A stretch of DNA of 64,000 nucleotides from Octopus sinensis (taxonomy: Eukaryota), in NCBI RefSeq assembly GCF_006345805.1, contig NC_043008.1, forward strand, positions 66,030,001 to 66,094,000, read 5' to 3'. This document shows, piece after piece, positions 12,261 to 24,738 of the stretch. The position numbers and the translations under genes were made by a program. The notes beneath the pieces are model-generated. The model was not told the DNA's origin, made no database searches, and saw only the letters and a program-made list of their open reading frames with translations. Position 1 is the first letter of the stretch. Each line of letters starts with the position of its first letter.

Positions 12261-12734
12261 AATATATTAATTAGGAAATAGATTCCATGATTTTTCCAGG
12301 TATTGCTGTTATAAGATAATTAATAATGTGTCAATTAATAATTTAGGATTTTACCTTATAAAATACTGGGTAGGGGGATACATTGGTTGCTATTTTTAGC
12401 GTGTCGAGCGACCAGGTAGAGGCTCTTTCGTTGGTTTGATTGCGTGATGAGATTTTTTTACACATATATGTATAATATGCATATATATCATCGACAGAGA
12501 TAGAGTAAGTCAAAACCTGAGACTTATCAAAACCTGACACTTATCAAACACGAATTTATCCATTGTCACCCTGTAACTTGTGACGAAATAACTTCTAAAA
12601 TACAAAATTTTTTCAAAAACTTTAAGAGTAAACCCTGTTCTATGTGACACATAGTACCAATATCAGAAGTTTGAAAGTATTTAGTTAAAAAAAATTAATT
12701 AAATAATCTGTACATCAAATTGAATAGATCCGAA

Positions 12735-12840
12735 ATGAATAAAAAGCAAAGTTGACGTCTGCGGAATTTGAACTCAAGGCATCAACACCAGCAAAACACC
12801 GTTAAGCATTTCGTCCGGCGCGCTAACGTTTCTGCCAGCT
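12735..12840 (-). mobile_element. SINE B 5' fragment
   Basis: gcggaatttgaactc...aagcatttcgtccggcgcgctaacgtttctgccagc. Confidence 0.75.
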
Positions 12841-13341
12841 TAGAACATTGGCATTCATTTTAGGTATATATTCTTTAATTAATATTCTTATTGACAAGCG
12901 CTACTTCCTTACTTTCTTACTTACACGAAATTTCGTGGTATTTCACCCCATGACTCTTCTGTTAATTTTTGTTCAATGCGACTAAAGACTCTGATTTCCT
13001 CACACATTTTTCTATCGTTTAGGCCTAAGAAAAGAATACTTGTATATTAAAATTAAAAAGTTTATGCTAATTTAAGGTGAATAGGTGCCTTACTTCTCCC
13101 CTTGAGATCGCAGATATTTTGATGTAACTTTATTTCTTCTGAACTAAATCTCAAATTATTTATACCAAAGTGTTGCAGAGAAGGTGTCCTCTTTAAAACT
13201 GTTTGCAGGGTTTGCAATTTAGTTGAGAACCGAAATAGTGGTGAAGCTTGGAAGTTACTGCGATTGATGAAATGGTGGACTTAAGAATATATTAAACCAC
13301 TACCGTGGTTGAATGATATATAAATCTATCCATATATATGA

Positions 13342-13867
13342 TTGAGAGAGCAGTGCTTGCCATCAAAGTGACATTGGGGTAAAATATACGAAGCCCAATA
13401 TATCCATCATGACTACCCGTCTGATAAGGGTACACCAGGCACATGCATCACAACCATATGTGCGCGACATGGTGATCTCATATCAAGATAAACAGCACAT
13501 GAACTTGCAGGTGGGGCCCTCTTAGAATTTTCTTCTGGTCGAGTAGCCCATCCTGCTCAAAAGGTCCCTGAATAAGGGTTGTTTAAGGATGTTGAACGAA
13601 ACACCCATGTTTCCATAGGTGAATTATTCAAACCCCAAAGAATCCCTCTCAGCACATGGCTATGATGCTCCCCCACTACTTCTGCTCGTGATCAGAGATG
13701 CACATATCGTCTAAGGTCAAATAACTGACAAGCAAATCTGTGGTATTGAGCAGAATATTTGCAGTAGCCCATCTTTTATACCAAGACAAAACAATGTACA
13801 TGATAACACTTCCAATCAGTTAAGATCAGAAGCCACGAGAGTCACTGCCTGGCAGTGCATCAGGGCA
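13342..13867 (-). mobile_element. Non-coding ~530-bp repeat (family D), copy 1, abutting (TAA)n
   Basis: Alignable with 14446-14941 and 40770-40945; minus-strand start TGCCCTGATG directly after (AAT)n. Confidence 0.8.
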
Positions 13868-13893
13868 TTATTATTATCATCATTATTATTATT

Positions 13894-14252
13894 CAGTAGT
13901 TTTATTTTTATAGCGTGCTTTCACTTCACTACCGAGCGCAGCTCTGTGTGCCTTGGGTATGGCTGTGATTTGTTGTGATGCTCTGATGGGTATTGTATGG
14001 AAATGTTCTGCGTAGGATGTGCGGCAGTGCCCTAGTAGTGCAATTTTCTGTATGTTATATGTGTTTGTATAAGTCCTGGTGTTTTTGTTATGTATTGGTC
14101 TGAATATTTTTTTTATCATGCCTAATGCACCTACTATGATAGGAATTGTTTCTGTTTTCAGATTCCACATTCTAGTTACCTCTATTTCCAGGTCTTTGTA
14201 TTTTGAGAGCTTCTCCATTTCTTTTAGAGACACGTTGTCATCTGCCGGTATT
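13894..14252 (-). mobile_element. R4/Dong-like non-LTR retrotransposon 3' fragment (RLE domain plus 3' UTR)
   Basis: IPADDNVSLKEMEKLSKYKDLEIEVTRMWNLKTETIPIIVGALGMIKK...IQKIALLG; 3' end AAAACTACTG followed by (AAT)n; both ends in TAA repeats. Confidence 0.85.
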
Positions 14253-14300
<48 letters not shown>

Positions 14301-14411
14301 TTTATTATTATTATTGTTGTTGTTGTTGTTGTCTTTGTTGTTGTTGTTGTTTTTGTTGTTGTTGTTGTTATTATTATTATTATTATTATTGTTATTGTTG
14401 TTTTGTTGTTG

Positions 14412-14445
<34 letters not shown>

Positions 14446-14446
<1 letters not shown>

Positions 14447-14940
14447 TTGAGTGAGAGACAGTGCATGGCATCAATAGGGTAAAATATATGAAACCCAGTA
14501 TACACATCATGACTACTCGTCTGATAAGGGTACATCAGACACATGCATTGCAATCATATATGCACGACATGTTGATTTCATATCAAGATAAACAGCACAT
14601 GAACTTGCAGTTGGGGCACGGTTAGAATTTTCTTCAGGTCGAGTAGCCCATCACACTCAAATGGTCACTGAGTAAGGGTTGTTTAAGGATGTTGAACAAA
14701 ACACCTTTGTTTCCAAAGGTGAATTATCCAAACTCCAAAAAAATTTTCTCAACACATGGCTATGATGCTCCTCCACTATCTCTGCTCGTAATCAGAGATG
14801 CACATATTGTCAGCCACCAAGAGAATGCTCAACTGGTTACAACTGACAAGCAAATCTGTGGTATTGAGCAGAATATTTGCTGTAGCCCATCTTTTATACC
14901 AAGACAAAACAATGTACATGATAACACTTCTAATCCGGGC

Positions 14941-14941
<1 letters not shown>
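14446..14941 (-). mobile_element. Family D repeat, copy 2, flanked on both sides by (TAA)n
   Basis: Same start (TGCCC) as copy 1 with a deletion just inside; ends CTCTCACTCAAA followed by (ATA)n. Confidence 0.8.
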
Positions 14942-15003
<62 letters not shown>

Positions 15004-15189
15004 CATCATCATTATTATTATTATTAAATTCAAATTACGATGCTTTAGAAGCGTTGAGATATCTTAGAAAGTTAAAGAAGTGATTTTAAATTCTCAAACG
15101 TAGGGTAATGCTAATAATACAGACTGAACAGGATAAGCTACCCCTATTTTGCAGAAAAAAGTGTTGGTGGCCGGCTATTATTATTATTA

Positions 15190-15244
<55 letters not shown>

Positions 15245-15246
<2 letters not shown>

Positions 15247-15455
15247 GGCGGTGAACTGGCAGAATCGTTAGCACACCGGGCAAAATGCTTAGCAGCCTTT
15301 CGCCCGTCACTATGTTCTAGGTTCAAATTTCGCCAAGATCGACTATGCCTTACCTCCTTTAGGGGTCGATAAAATAAGTACCAATTGAGCACTGGAATCG
15401 ATGCAATCGATTTGCCCATCCCCTGAAATTACTGACCATCTACCAAAATTTGAAA
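15245..15455 (+). mobile_element. SINE B
   Basis: AAGGCGGTGAACTGGCAGAATCGTTAGCAC...GGTTCAAATTTCGCC...GGGGTCGATAAAATAAGTACC, directly after (TAT)n. Confidence 0.85.
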
Positions 15456-15569
15456 TCATATTATCAATAGTAGTAGCAGTAGTAGTCTAGTACTAGTTCA
15501 ACTACTACTACCTTCACAATTGTTATTGTCATTGTTGTGGTGGTGGTGTTTGTTGTGGTTGTTATTGTT

Positions 15570-15855
15570 CTTGTTAGAATGGCATAATCGTTAGCGCGTT
15601 GAACGAAATGTTTAGCAGTATTTCTACCGGCTCTTTACGTTGTAGGTTCAAATATCGCTGAAGTCAACTTTACTACTATCATTTCGAGGTCGATAAAATA
15701 AGGGACCAGTCAGGCAATAGTAGAATATAATCGTTTAGCTCCTCCCACCAAACTTCGGGTCTTTTTTCTTTACGAGGTCGAAGAAATAGGTACCAGCTGA
15801 GCACTAGGTAGTGGGGAGGTCGATGGAATCGACCACCAAAATTTCAGGCCTTGAA
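15570..15855 (+). mobile_element. Decayed SINE B fragments
   Basis: ggcataatcgttagcgcg...ggttcaaatatcgctgaagtcaac...gaggtcgataaaataag, plus a second tail piece. Confidence 0.65.
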
Positions 15856-16340
15856 TCTACAGAAAAAATAATTTTCATTATCTTTACTTCCGTGTTTACC
15901 TTTTCATCCGCAACCACAATTAAGTAAAAATGTATCTGCTCTGCTACCAATTCATTCGGTGTGATTTTGGCATTACAAGAACATAGTAAAGTTGATGCCA
16001 AATAAATCAAGCTTCATGAGTGAGATCGCCATTATGCCAACTGGCACAATACCAACACCAGCATTCAAGTAATTCATAAACTTAACCGTATGTTTGATTC
16101 ATTCTCTTCAAACATGAATTAACCATGTTTAGTGTAACTTTATTCAGTTGTAGTAAATTCTAAAATGTATATCTTCATAACTCAACGGGAATTTCGGCAT
16201 CAGCAGTGAGGAATCAGAAAACGCCAGTCCGTACTTCTCTTCTAAGTCACCCGGTTCAAAAAGAGCGAAAGACTGTATAGAAATCTGTTGGTGTTAACAT
16301 AAGTAGTCATTGTTGAATACACACACACACACACACACAC

Positions 16341-16436
<96 letters not shown>

Positions 16437-16454
16437 TCAGATGACTATGGTACT

Positions 16455-17002
16455 TAAGTTGAGGAACCAGAATTTAGCACAGTATTATCCATATAATTTC
16501 AAAGTAAGATGATTAAAATCAAAATAAGCAACAAGGATATCCAGAGGTAATGCAGTACGATCGTTTCATGTAACTCCATTTAATTGAATCATTACATCAA
16601 TTTAAAATGCAGAGCAATCTTCAGCTGCAAAAATACATAGAATTTAATTAAATTAGAACAGATGGACACATTAGTATAATTATACCTAAAATCTCCAAGA
16701 AGTTAAGGAGATAGACAAAGAAGTTTAGAAGTTACTGAATCAAGATTACCTTAAATTTTAACTTTATACAATAAGACAATATTGTTTGAAATGATCTTTA
16801 GAAATTACTTGATTTATCTCTTTCTTAAATGGCTGTACCCTCCTGATTTTAGTATTTATAAGGTCTCTCTCTCTCCTCTCAATACACACACACACACACA
16901 TACATATATATAATAGATATATATATATATAATATATACATATATATATATATATATAGATATATATATATATATATATATAATATATATATATATATAT
17001 AG

Positions 17003-17033
<31 letters not shown>

Positions 17034-17228
17034 TATATATAAGTAGTACATATATAAGTAGCATTAATTTTCTTAGGTCGTTCAATTTTCCTCAACTAAT
17101 CAATAGATCAGTTAAGTAAACCTATCAATAATGAACCTATAATGACTACCGGAAACAGCTGTAAGCCAAATTTGTTCCAATAAAAGAAAGATATGTAATG
17201 ACCACTATTTTTAACTCCTCTCATATAT
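16455..17228. mobile_element. Non-coding Penelope-type repeat (family F) interrupted by (TA)n
   Basis: Contains a hammerhead-like motif (16551-16629, -). The 17120-17220 part is homologous to 1130-1230 (-) and has GGAAACAGCTGTAAGCC. Confidence 0.45.
16551..16629 (-). ncRNA. Candidate type-I hammerhead ribozyme
   Basis: TGCAG-CTGAAGA-(long imperfect stem II)-GAAAC-GATC-GTA-CTGCA: 5-bp stem I, palindromic stem III ACGATCGT, GUA site; stem II closure non-canonical. Confidence 0.55.
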
Positions 17229-17281
17229 ACACACACACTCACACACATACATACATATATATTATTCCTTTATATTCTCTT

Positions 17282-17652
17282 ATATTTGTTTCAGTTATTT
17301 GACTACAGCCATACTGGGGCACCGCCTTTAGTCCAATAGATCGACGCCAGGACTTATTCATTGTAAGCCTAGTTCTTATTCTGTCGGTCTTTTGCCGAAC
17401 CATTAAGTTACAGGGACGTAAACGCACCGACATCGATTGTCAAGCGATGGTGGAGGGACAAACATACACACGCACGCACACACACACACACACATACACA
17501 CACATATATTCAGTTTCCACCTACCAAATCCACTTACAAGGCTTTTGTCGGAGCGAGACTATAGTAGAAGATACTTGCCGAAGGTGCCACGCAGTGGGAC
17601 TGAATCCGGAACTATGTGGATGGTAAGCAAGCTACTTACCACACAGCCATGT
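17282..17652 (-). mobile_element. SINE A
   Basis: Alignable along its length with the other A copies. Confidence 0.9.
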
Positions 17653-17731
17653 ACTTTGCAGCCATGTACCACACAGCCATGTACCACAACCATGTACCAC
17701 ACATTACAGCCATATACCACACAGCCATGTA
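17636..17731 (+). repeat. ~15-bp minisatellite (TACCACACAGCCATG)n derived from the SINE A head
   Basis: About six imperfect units continuous with the SINE terminus. Confidence 0.8.
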
Positions 17732-18213
17732 CATTAAACAGATATATACTGTATACATAATGTTTAATACGCAAAAGTGCCACATACGAAACTCTCGGCA
17801 TTTGAGTTACTTTTGTAACTTCTGTCGATTAGAAATTATATGTCTCTATATATATATGTGGGGGTGGATGTTTATAGACTGACAGACAGAATAATAGTTA
17901 GATAGATAAATATATATAGAGAGAGAGGGGAGAGGGAGAGATAGAGTCGTAGGCGCACATATACGGATACACATAGAAACCCACGTAAAGACACAGACTT
18001 ACACACACACACGTACGAACAAACACGCGCTCAAGACAAGCGTAGTAGAAACCAATCTTTAGATACAGTCCGTAATAGTTTGATGATTAAGTTAGTTCCC
18101 AAGTCCCAAATGATTTTATACATTATCAGGCGCACCGCACTCTAATCGTACTTTTACAAAACACACATGCATATATCACATACATACATACATACATACA
18201 TACATACATACAT

Positions 18214-18254
<41 letters not shown>

Positions 18255-18419
18255 TATAAACATAAATAAGTATAAAACACTAAAATGGCATACGCTCAAG
18301 TTTACACAGTTGTTGTGTATGGTTTTTCATTTTCATTGACAGAGCCAATAAGGTTTGTTATCTCGTGCAACGATATTGGTGATGGTGGCAGGCAACTAAC
18401 TACAAAAATTGCTACTGCA

Positions 18420-18453
<34 letters not shown>

Positions 18454-18708
18454 ACTACTACTACTACTACTACTAACTACTACTACAACTACTACTACTT
18501 TGTCAGCAGATCATAAGGTTGATGCAACTGTATATATTTCTGATTAAAAGATATCTCCAAACGATGCAACCCGCATTTTCTCAGTTATTAGGTTGTCAAA
18601 CTTTATACTCTACAACTCCTTTGTTTTCTGAACGTATTGGGGGTAAAAATATACAGATATTGCGTACATACACACATACTCACAGATGCTTGTATATAAT
18701 GTATACAT

Positions 18709-18889
18709 ACACATATACATATGTATGTATATGCATATTAGCATATATGTATAAATACATATATGCTAATACACATATACATATGTATGTATATGCATAT
18801 TAGCATATATGTATAAATACATATATGCTAATACACATATACATATGTATGTATATGCATATTAGCATATATTTATAAATACATATATG
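18709..18889. repeat. 3 x 62-bp tandem repeat with internal palindrome
   Basis: Units start at 18709, 18771 and 18833; each contains TATTAGCATATATGTAT-AA-ATACATATATGCTAATA (third copy degenerate). Confidence 0.9.
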
Positions 18890-18913
18890 TTTACGGTGAG
18901 CCACCGCATAGCG

Positions 18914-19031
18914 CTGGGGACGCTACGAACTGATAAAAGAGATTGTTTCTTTTATGCTATTTCAGTCACCGTACGATGACTGAAATAGCATAAAAGAAAC
19001 AATCTCTTTTATCAGTTCGTAGCGTCCTCAG
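18914..19031. repeat. 118-bp near-perfect palindrome
   Basis: 51-bp perfect arms (18918-18968 and 18977-19027) around CCGTACGA; two mismatched pairs overall. Confidence 0.95.
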
Positions 19032-19723
19032 TCTAGTGTCTGTGACCGAAGAGGAGATAACCATACCGAAATGCTTACATCTCACAGTCTGGAAAGGTGG
19101 CGCTGCGAACTGATTTACGTGTATTTACACCATTTGTCTGCAGCGAGAAATTTTTCTCCATGACAAAATACAATGAACGGTTTGTTAACGAAATGGAACG
19201 TACCACAAGCATATTTGAACTGGTAATGACATTGTACAATGGCTTGTATTTTGTTTACCTTCTCAGTTCAAACACCACATGAATCAATTTTTTATGGTTT
19301 TTGTTGGCTTTTTTCTTTCGTTCTTTAGACGGCAATAAAATAAATTACCAGTGAAGTAACGAGAAGGTTTGAGAGTTAAAAAAATTAATCGAAGAATTCT
19401 CCAACAAAATGTTGTAGCGTTGAGTCCGTGTTAGAAATAACTATATGGGTTTCTCCTTGTGTGAGATTGTTAATTAAACGCAAATTGTACGTGTTGACTG
19501 TATTGCAGTTCGTTTCGAATGATTTTTCATGATTAGAAAGACGGTGTTATAGATAGAATATTTATTTTTCCCTTTCTTGTTAGTATAATTTCAGTTCAAG
19601 AGAAGTGACCAACACAAAGCTATAGAAAACAACCAACTACAATGGTAGCTGCTCATACCTTGTCACCAGGACTACGTTGTGTATGTTTGTTTTTAATTCA
19701 TATAATTATTATACTATATTCTA

Positions 19724-20008
19724 GGTTAGGGCAGCGGACTCGCGGTCGGAGGATCGCGGTTTCGATTCCCAGACCCGGCGTTGTGTGTGTTTATTGAGCA
19801 AAAACACCTAAAAAGTTCCACGAGGCTCCGGCAGGGGGTGGTGGTGGCCCCTGTTGTACTCTTTCGCGATAACTTTCTCTCGCTTCCTGTTTTTTGAGTA
19901 ACGCTGCGATGGACTGGCGTCCCGTCCAGCTGGAGGGTACAAATACGCCACAGAAACCGGTAAACCGGGCCCATGAGCCTGGCTAGGCTTGAAAAGGGCG
20001 ACGTTTAT
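19724..20008 (+). mobile_element. SINE C (slightly 5'-truncated variant)
   Basis: GGTTAGGGCAGCGGACTCGCGGTCGGAGGATCGCGGTTTCGATTCCC...CTGCGATGGACTGGCGTCCCGTCCAG...CCGGGCCCATGAGCC. Confidence 0.85.
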
Positions 20009-20254
20009 CGTTATATTTTATTATATTAAGTTTTAGTCAAAGTAAGAAGGACATGCCTTCAAAAGTCTTCCACGAATATTTTGGACGGCCTGAGCAGGTA
20101 ATGATAAAGCGTGAGTCTATGCATGTATTAACCATGCTGATTTCAGTTCTTCGTGCTGAAATGAATTTCAGTTTACTAATAGTGAATTAAGAAGAAACAT
20201 TATTTAAATCTTACCCCATTCTCGGTACAGAAAACGATACAAATGTATCGTTTC

Positions 20255-20525
20255 CTTACGACACCAGACCACAGACCAGTACCGGGTTGTGGATCATTCA
20301 GTTTCGGACCGAACAGTAATAATAAATTTTTTAAATTTAATTTTTATTCTATTGGTTATCGCAGTCTATAAGGTGTTTTTGCATTATGTGTGTATTATAT
20401 ATATATAATACCTACGTATTATATATGTAATGATAAAATTATGTATTATGCGCAAAATCCCCCAGTCCGTGTAAAACTGTGTTGTGTAAAACCGGTCCGT
20501 GGTGCAAAAGTGTTAGGAACCGTTG
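20255..20525 (+). mobile_element. hAT/Charlie-type MITE relic
   Basis: 3' end CCGGTCCGTGGTGCAAAAGTGTTAGGAACCGTTG resembles MER1/Charlie termini. Confidence 0.5.
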
Positions 20526-20619
20526 CTATATATAACAGTGATAGGGAAACTAGTACTTGAAAGCAAAATATGACAGAGGCTAAACAGTATAACTAAGAAT
20601 AAATTACTCCATATTTGAG

Positions 20620-21760
20620 CAAAGAAACGGGGAAAGGTTCAAAATGGCGACTAACAGTTCAGTTTTCCTAACTTAAACAACAAGCAAGGTCTCTGGAACT
20701 CCCCCACGGTTCATGTTTTTACTCCAAGGACTAAATTGTTAACAGTAGGAGCTGTAAATGTAAGGTGTTCTCGCAATCAGTGTTTTCTCGCTGCCAGTTA
20801 GTTTGGGAAAATCGCAATTCTGGTGGAACTCCTTAGGAGGTTGTCACAACACGTTCTGCTTGATCCCATATTTCCGTCTACGTTACATGTATGTGTGCGC
20901 GTGTGTGTGTGTGTGTGTGTGTGAATATGTGTGTGTGTGTGCGAATATATGTGTGTGTGTGAATATGTGTGTGTATTTGAATGTTTGTGTGTGTATATAT
21001 GTATATATATGTACATATATACGAATATTATATATATGTGGGGGAGTATATGCTTGTGTCTGTATGAGTATATGAACAAATTTAATCAAGCAAAACTTTA
21101 TTCATTACATACAAGATAAATAGATTCAACTGCTTGACTGTTGGTTAACTTATCCCTCGATGGGTGGTTTGCCACAAAGTTATACCTTAACCACACAACT
21201 ATGCCAGCATGTAATATATGTATGTGCACGTGAGTGTATGTGTGCGTATGTGTATATGTGTGTGTGTGCATGCGTATGTATGTATTACGTACGTACGTAT
21301 GTATGTATGTATGTATGTATGTATGTATGTATGTATGTATGTATGTATGCGTATGCAAATATGATTTTGACACATCTGTTGTACATAGCACATTCCAAAC
21401 GATCTACTCTGAACCATTACACCACGAAGTACTCAATAAATAATTAAGAGTAGGTTAAGATATTTAGACCTATGACATTAGTTTGCACGGTAATTATGTA
21501 ACTGGGTTAAGCGAATGGGAGTAATCACATCAACCACATGTGAAGTGAAATACCTATTTAGCACTGGAACAGAGTCTGTTTCTGAAAACCGAACCCTCAG
21601 CTTGCTTCGCCAGGCTACGTCGACAAGCGAAGTATTAATAATTGCACGGGACTACCTTGCAAGAAACAACGTGGCCTTTTGATCATCGCTTCCATTGAAT
21701 CTAGATATGAAAAGGATGAAACGAACGAACATCGTTTTGAACATACCTATCTCATTATCA
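20620..21760 (+). repeat. Old ~1.1-kb repeat block, copy 1
   Basis: Collinear anchors with 24030-25800: gttcatgttttta, gttaacagtagg, gttagtttgggaa, ttatccctcgatgggtggtt, gatatttaga, gtaatcacatcaa. Confidence 0.7.
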
Positions 21761-21938
21761 AGTTTATAAATACCTCCACAGAACTAGATTGTGTAGTAAC
21801 AAAATAATGTGTGTGTATGTGTTTCATACATGGTAATATTACGAGCAAATAAAGGAAAGCTTAATACAATTAGACAAAGTGAATATTTATTATATATAGG
21901 AATAAAACTTCAGCTTGGACAATTTATTCAAAACTGAA

Positions 21939-22130
21939 TCACTGATCTATCGAGCTATGGTGTCATTAGTGAGAGACACTAAACCCCTTGGTCATACATC
22001 GGAATGTATGAGAGCAAATTAAAGCACCGTTACTACAACGCTTGTTAATCCTAAACACAAACAATGAGTAGTTTTATCAAGCTATATATGATACTTGAAC
22101 GATCAAAATAACGACATCATCAAGAACATC
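21939..22130 (+). pseudogene. Penelope-type GIY-YIG relic
   Basis: SLIYRAMV.../SYIGMYESKLKHRYYN (IY...YIG motif, frameshifted). Confidence 0.6.
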
Positions 22131-22964
22131 AGGCACTATATTTAAGCAAAATTTATTTAGATATTTAACTTTCTATTCTCCATATTTATATTTAAGAGGA
22201 TTAGTCATCTCAGAAGATTACGAGCAGTAATTGAGGCAGTCCATACCTTCTCACCACTACTACACTGTGAACGTTTTTAAAATTTTTTATTGTTACGGTT
22301 TAATCAAAAGAGGGAGAAGAGCATCCATAATCTATGTGGTAGGGGGGTATGAGATTTGTTGGATGAAAGAAGCTAAAGATTTGTGTGGGCTGCGATAGAG
22401 TTACCCAAAGGTCAGACCATGGTGTTAAACCAGGTGAGGTGCTAGCTAAGATACTGTGAACATTGCGTATGTGAACAAAGCGCTTAACTTTCATTGGCCT
22501 AATCTATCTAACTGCTTGTAGGTAAACTAAATACGTGAAATATAGGTAGAACTGTAAAATTGATGAGTTCAATTATACCGGTAATTTACTCATTTCAATT
22601 CATTTATTCTTTCGGGAAGGAATTGCAATAGACCAGATGCGAATTTAAGATCTCCTGCTTGATTAACAAAGACTTAAAGAGAGCTATACATTATTCCTAT
22701 AGATTAATGCTCCCCTAACCGAGGAACCTCTAAAATTCCATGAAAAATATCTTAGATCGGCAAGGTGTATTAAAATAAAATTTAATAAACAAAATTTAGC
22801 AAAAAATTATTTTATAAAACAATGATAATCACAGGATCTAAATAAGATATATTTACTTTTATAAATAAATTTTCAATCTATTTTTTTCTTTTTTCTTCTT
22901 TCACGGATTCCCATGACTTTATTCAATTCTATTATTATGAATTTGAATTGGGAGCTTATGTCAT

Positions 22965-23124
22965 AGGGAGTGGCTGCGTGGTAAGTAGCTTGCTTACCAA
23001 CCACATGGTTCCGGGTTCATCCCACTGCGTGGCACCTTGGCCAAGTGTCTTCTACTTTAGCCTCGGGCCCACCAAAGCTTTGTGAGTAGATTTGGTAGAC
23101 GGAAACTGAAAGTAGCCCGTCGTA

Positions 23125-23165
<41 letters not shown>

Positions 23166-23391
23166 GTATGTGTGTATATGTTTGTGTGTCTGTGTTTGTC
23201 CCCCCAATATCGCTTGACAACCGACGGTAGTGTGTTTACGTCCCCGTAACTTAGCGGTTCGGCAAAAGAGACTGATAGAATAAGTACTAGGCTTCCAAAG
23301 AATAAGTCCTGGGGTCGATTTGCTCGATTAAAGGCGGTGTTGCAGCATGGTCGTAGTCAAATGACTGAAACATGTAAAAGAGTAAAAAAGT
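22965..23391 (+). mobile_element. SINE A, full length
   Basis: GGAGTGGCTGCGTGGTAAGTAGCTTGC...CAAATGACTGAAACATGTAAAAGAGTAAAAAAG. Confidence 0.9.
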
Positions 23392-23399
23392 GATTATAT

Positions 23400-23640
23400 A
23401 ACCATGGACGCCACTCTTATGGATGCGTTGCTGTTACTTTCTTGACAGAGCTTGGTGATCTTGAGCGCTGATCTCTAGGATTCTTCCGCTCGGCATCAAT
23501 GAAAGAAGCACTGTTGGCTCACTTGTGCTTCTCTGCTAACTCTTCGTAATCCGCCATGCTGCAGTCCCATGACTTTGCCGTATCTCTGGCAGAGTGGCTG
23601 AACGGGTGATATGCCTTGCCAAAGGGCATCCGGTAACTAT
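23400..23640 (-). mobile_element. RTE-like LINE extreme 3' fragment (putative)
   Basis: Frameshifted remnants G(R)PLARHI...ARDT...MAD.EE resemble the RTE ORF C-terminus. Confidence 0.4.
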
Positions 23641-24312
23641 ACAGAATACAGACGTCACTCCGTGAGGTATTTTCAAATTTCCTGAATACCTGAGGAATAT
23701 TTGTATATATAATTGGGGATGAAAATTAATGTTGTGAGAACCTCCTCAGGGGTTTCACTATATCTTATCTAATACAATTTTCATTCCATTTAGTATCTTA
23801 TTAAAGTTAGGGTGGCGGAGTTATACATAAACTATGAGGGTGGCGTCAGCGATTTTTGAAAAGTTGTAAAAGGGTTTCGAGATTAAAAAAAAAAATTGGA
23901 ACGATTTTCATATTTAATCGAGATACGGAATGGGATAACTTTTTTAAAGCTTATAAATAAAATAGAATTGTTGCTAAGCAACATTAGCTATAAATGGTTT
24001 ATTCCACCTCAAAATGTTATGGAACGTGAAAGCATTCAAAATCGTTTTCTTGAATTGAGCAATGAATAAACTCTTTGGAACTTCCTTCGTAGTTCATGTT
24101 TTTATTCCCGGGAATAAACTGTTAACAGTAGGTGCTGCGAAAATAAGATCTTCTCGGCATCGGAGTTCCACAGTTCGTTAGTTTGGGAATAAGATAAACT
24201 ATGGTGGAACGCCAGGGGAGGTTTTCACAACACGTTTCGATTAATTTTCTTCCTCGATTATATGTACATATATATATGCAGACTTGTGCGTGCACACACA
24301 CACACACACACA

Positions 24313-24352
<40 letters not shown>

Positions 24353-24738
24353 CATACAAACATATATATATATATATATATATGTGTGCATATACATGTG
24401 TGTGTATGCGTGTGTCTCGGTCTGTCTGTGTAATTTAATCAACCAAAACTTTATTCATAACATAAAAGAAAGATAAATAGATTGAATGGCTGTTCATAAA
24501 ATTATCCCTCGATGGGTGGTTCACCACAAGGTTAAGCCTTAACAACAAAACTACGTCTGAGAACATACATACATACATACCTACATACATACACCCACAT
24601 ACATACATACATACATACATACATACATACATACATACATACATACATACATACATTCATACATACATACATACATATATACATACATACACAGAAGCAC
24701 ATAAATGCATATATACACACACGCACATATGTATATAA

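Noticed and set aside
23524-23638. Possible 114-nt minus-strand exon (YRMPFGKAYHPFSHSARDTAKSWDCSMADYEELAEKH) with AG/GT borders
   Set aside because: No recognisable homology, and frameshifted RTE C-terminal remnants explain the sequence as well; RNA-seq would be needed.
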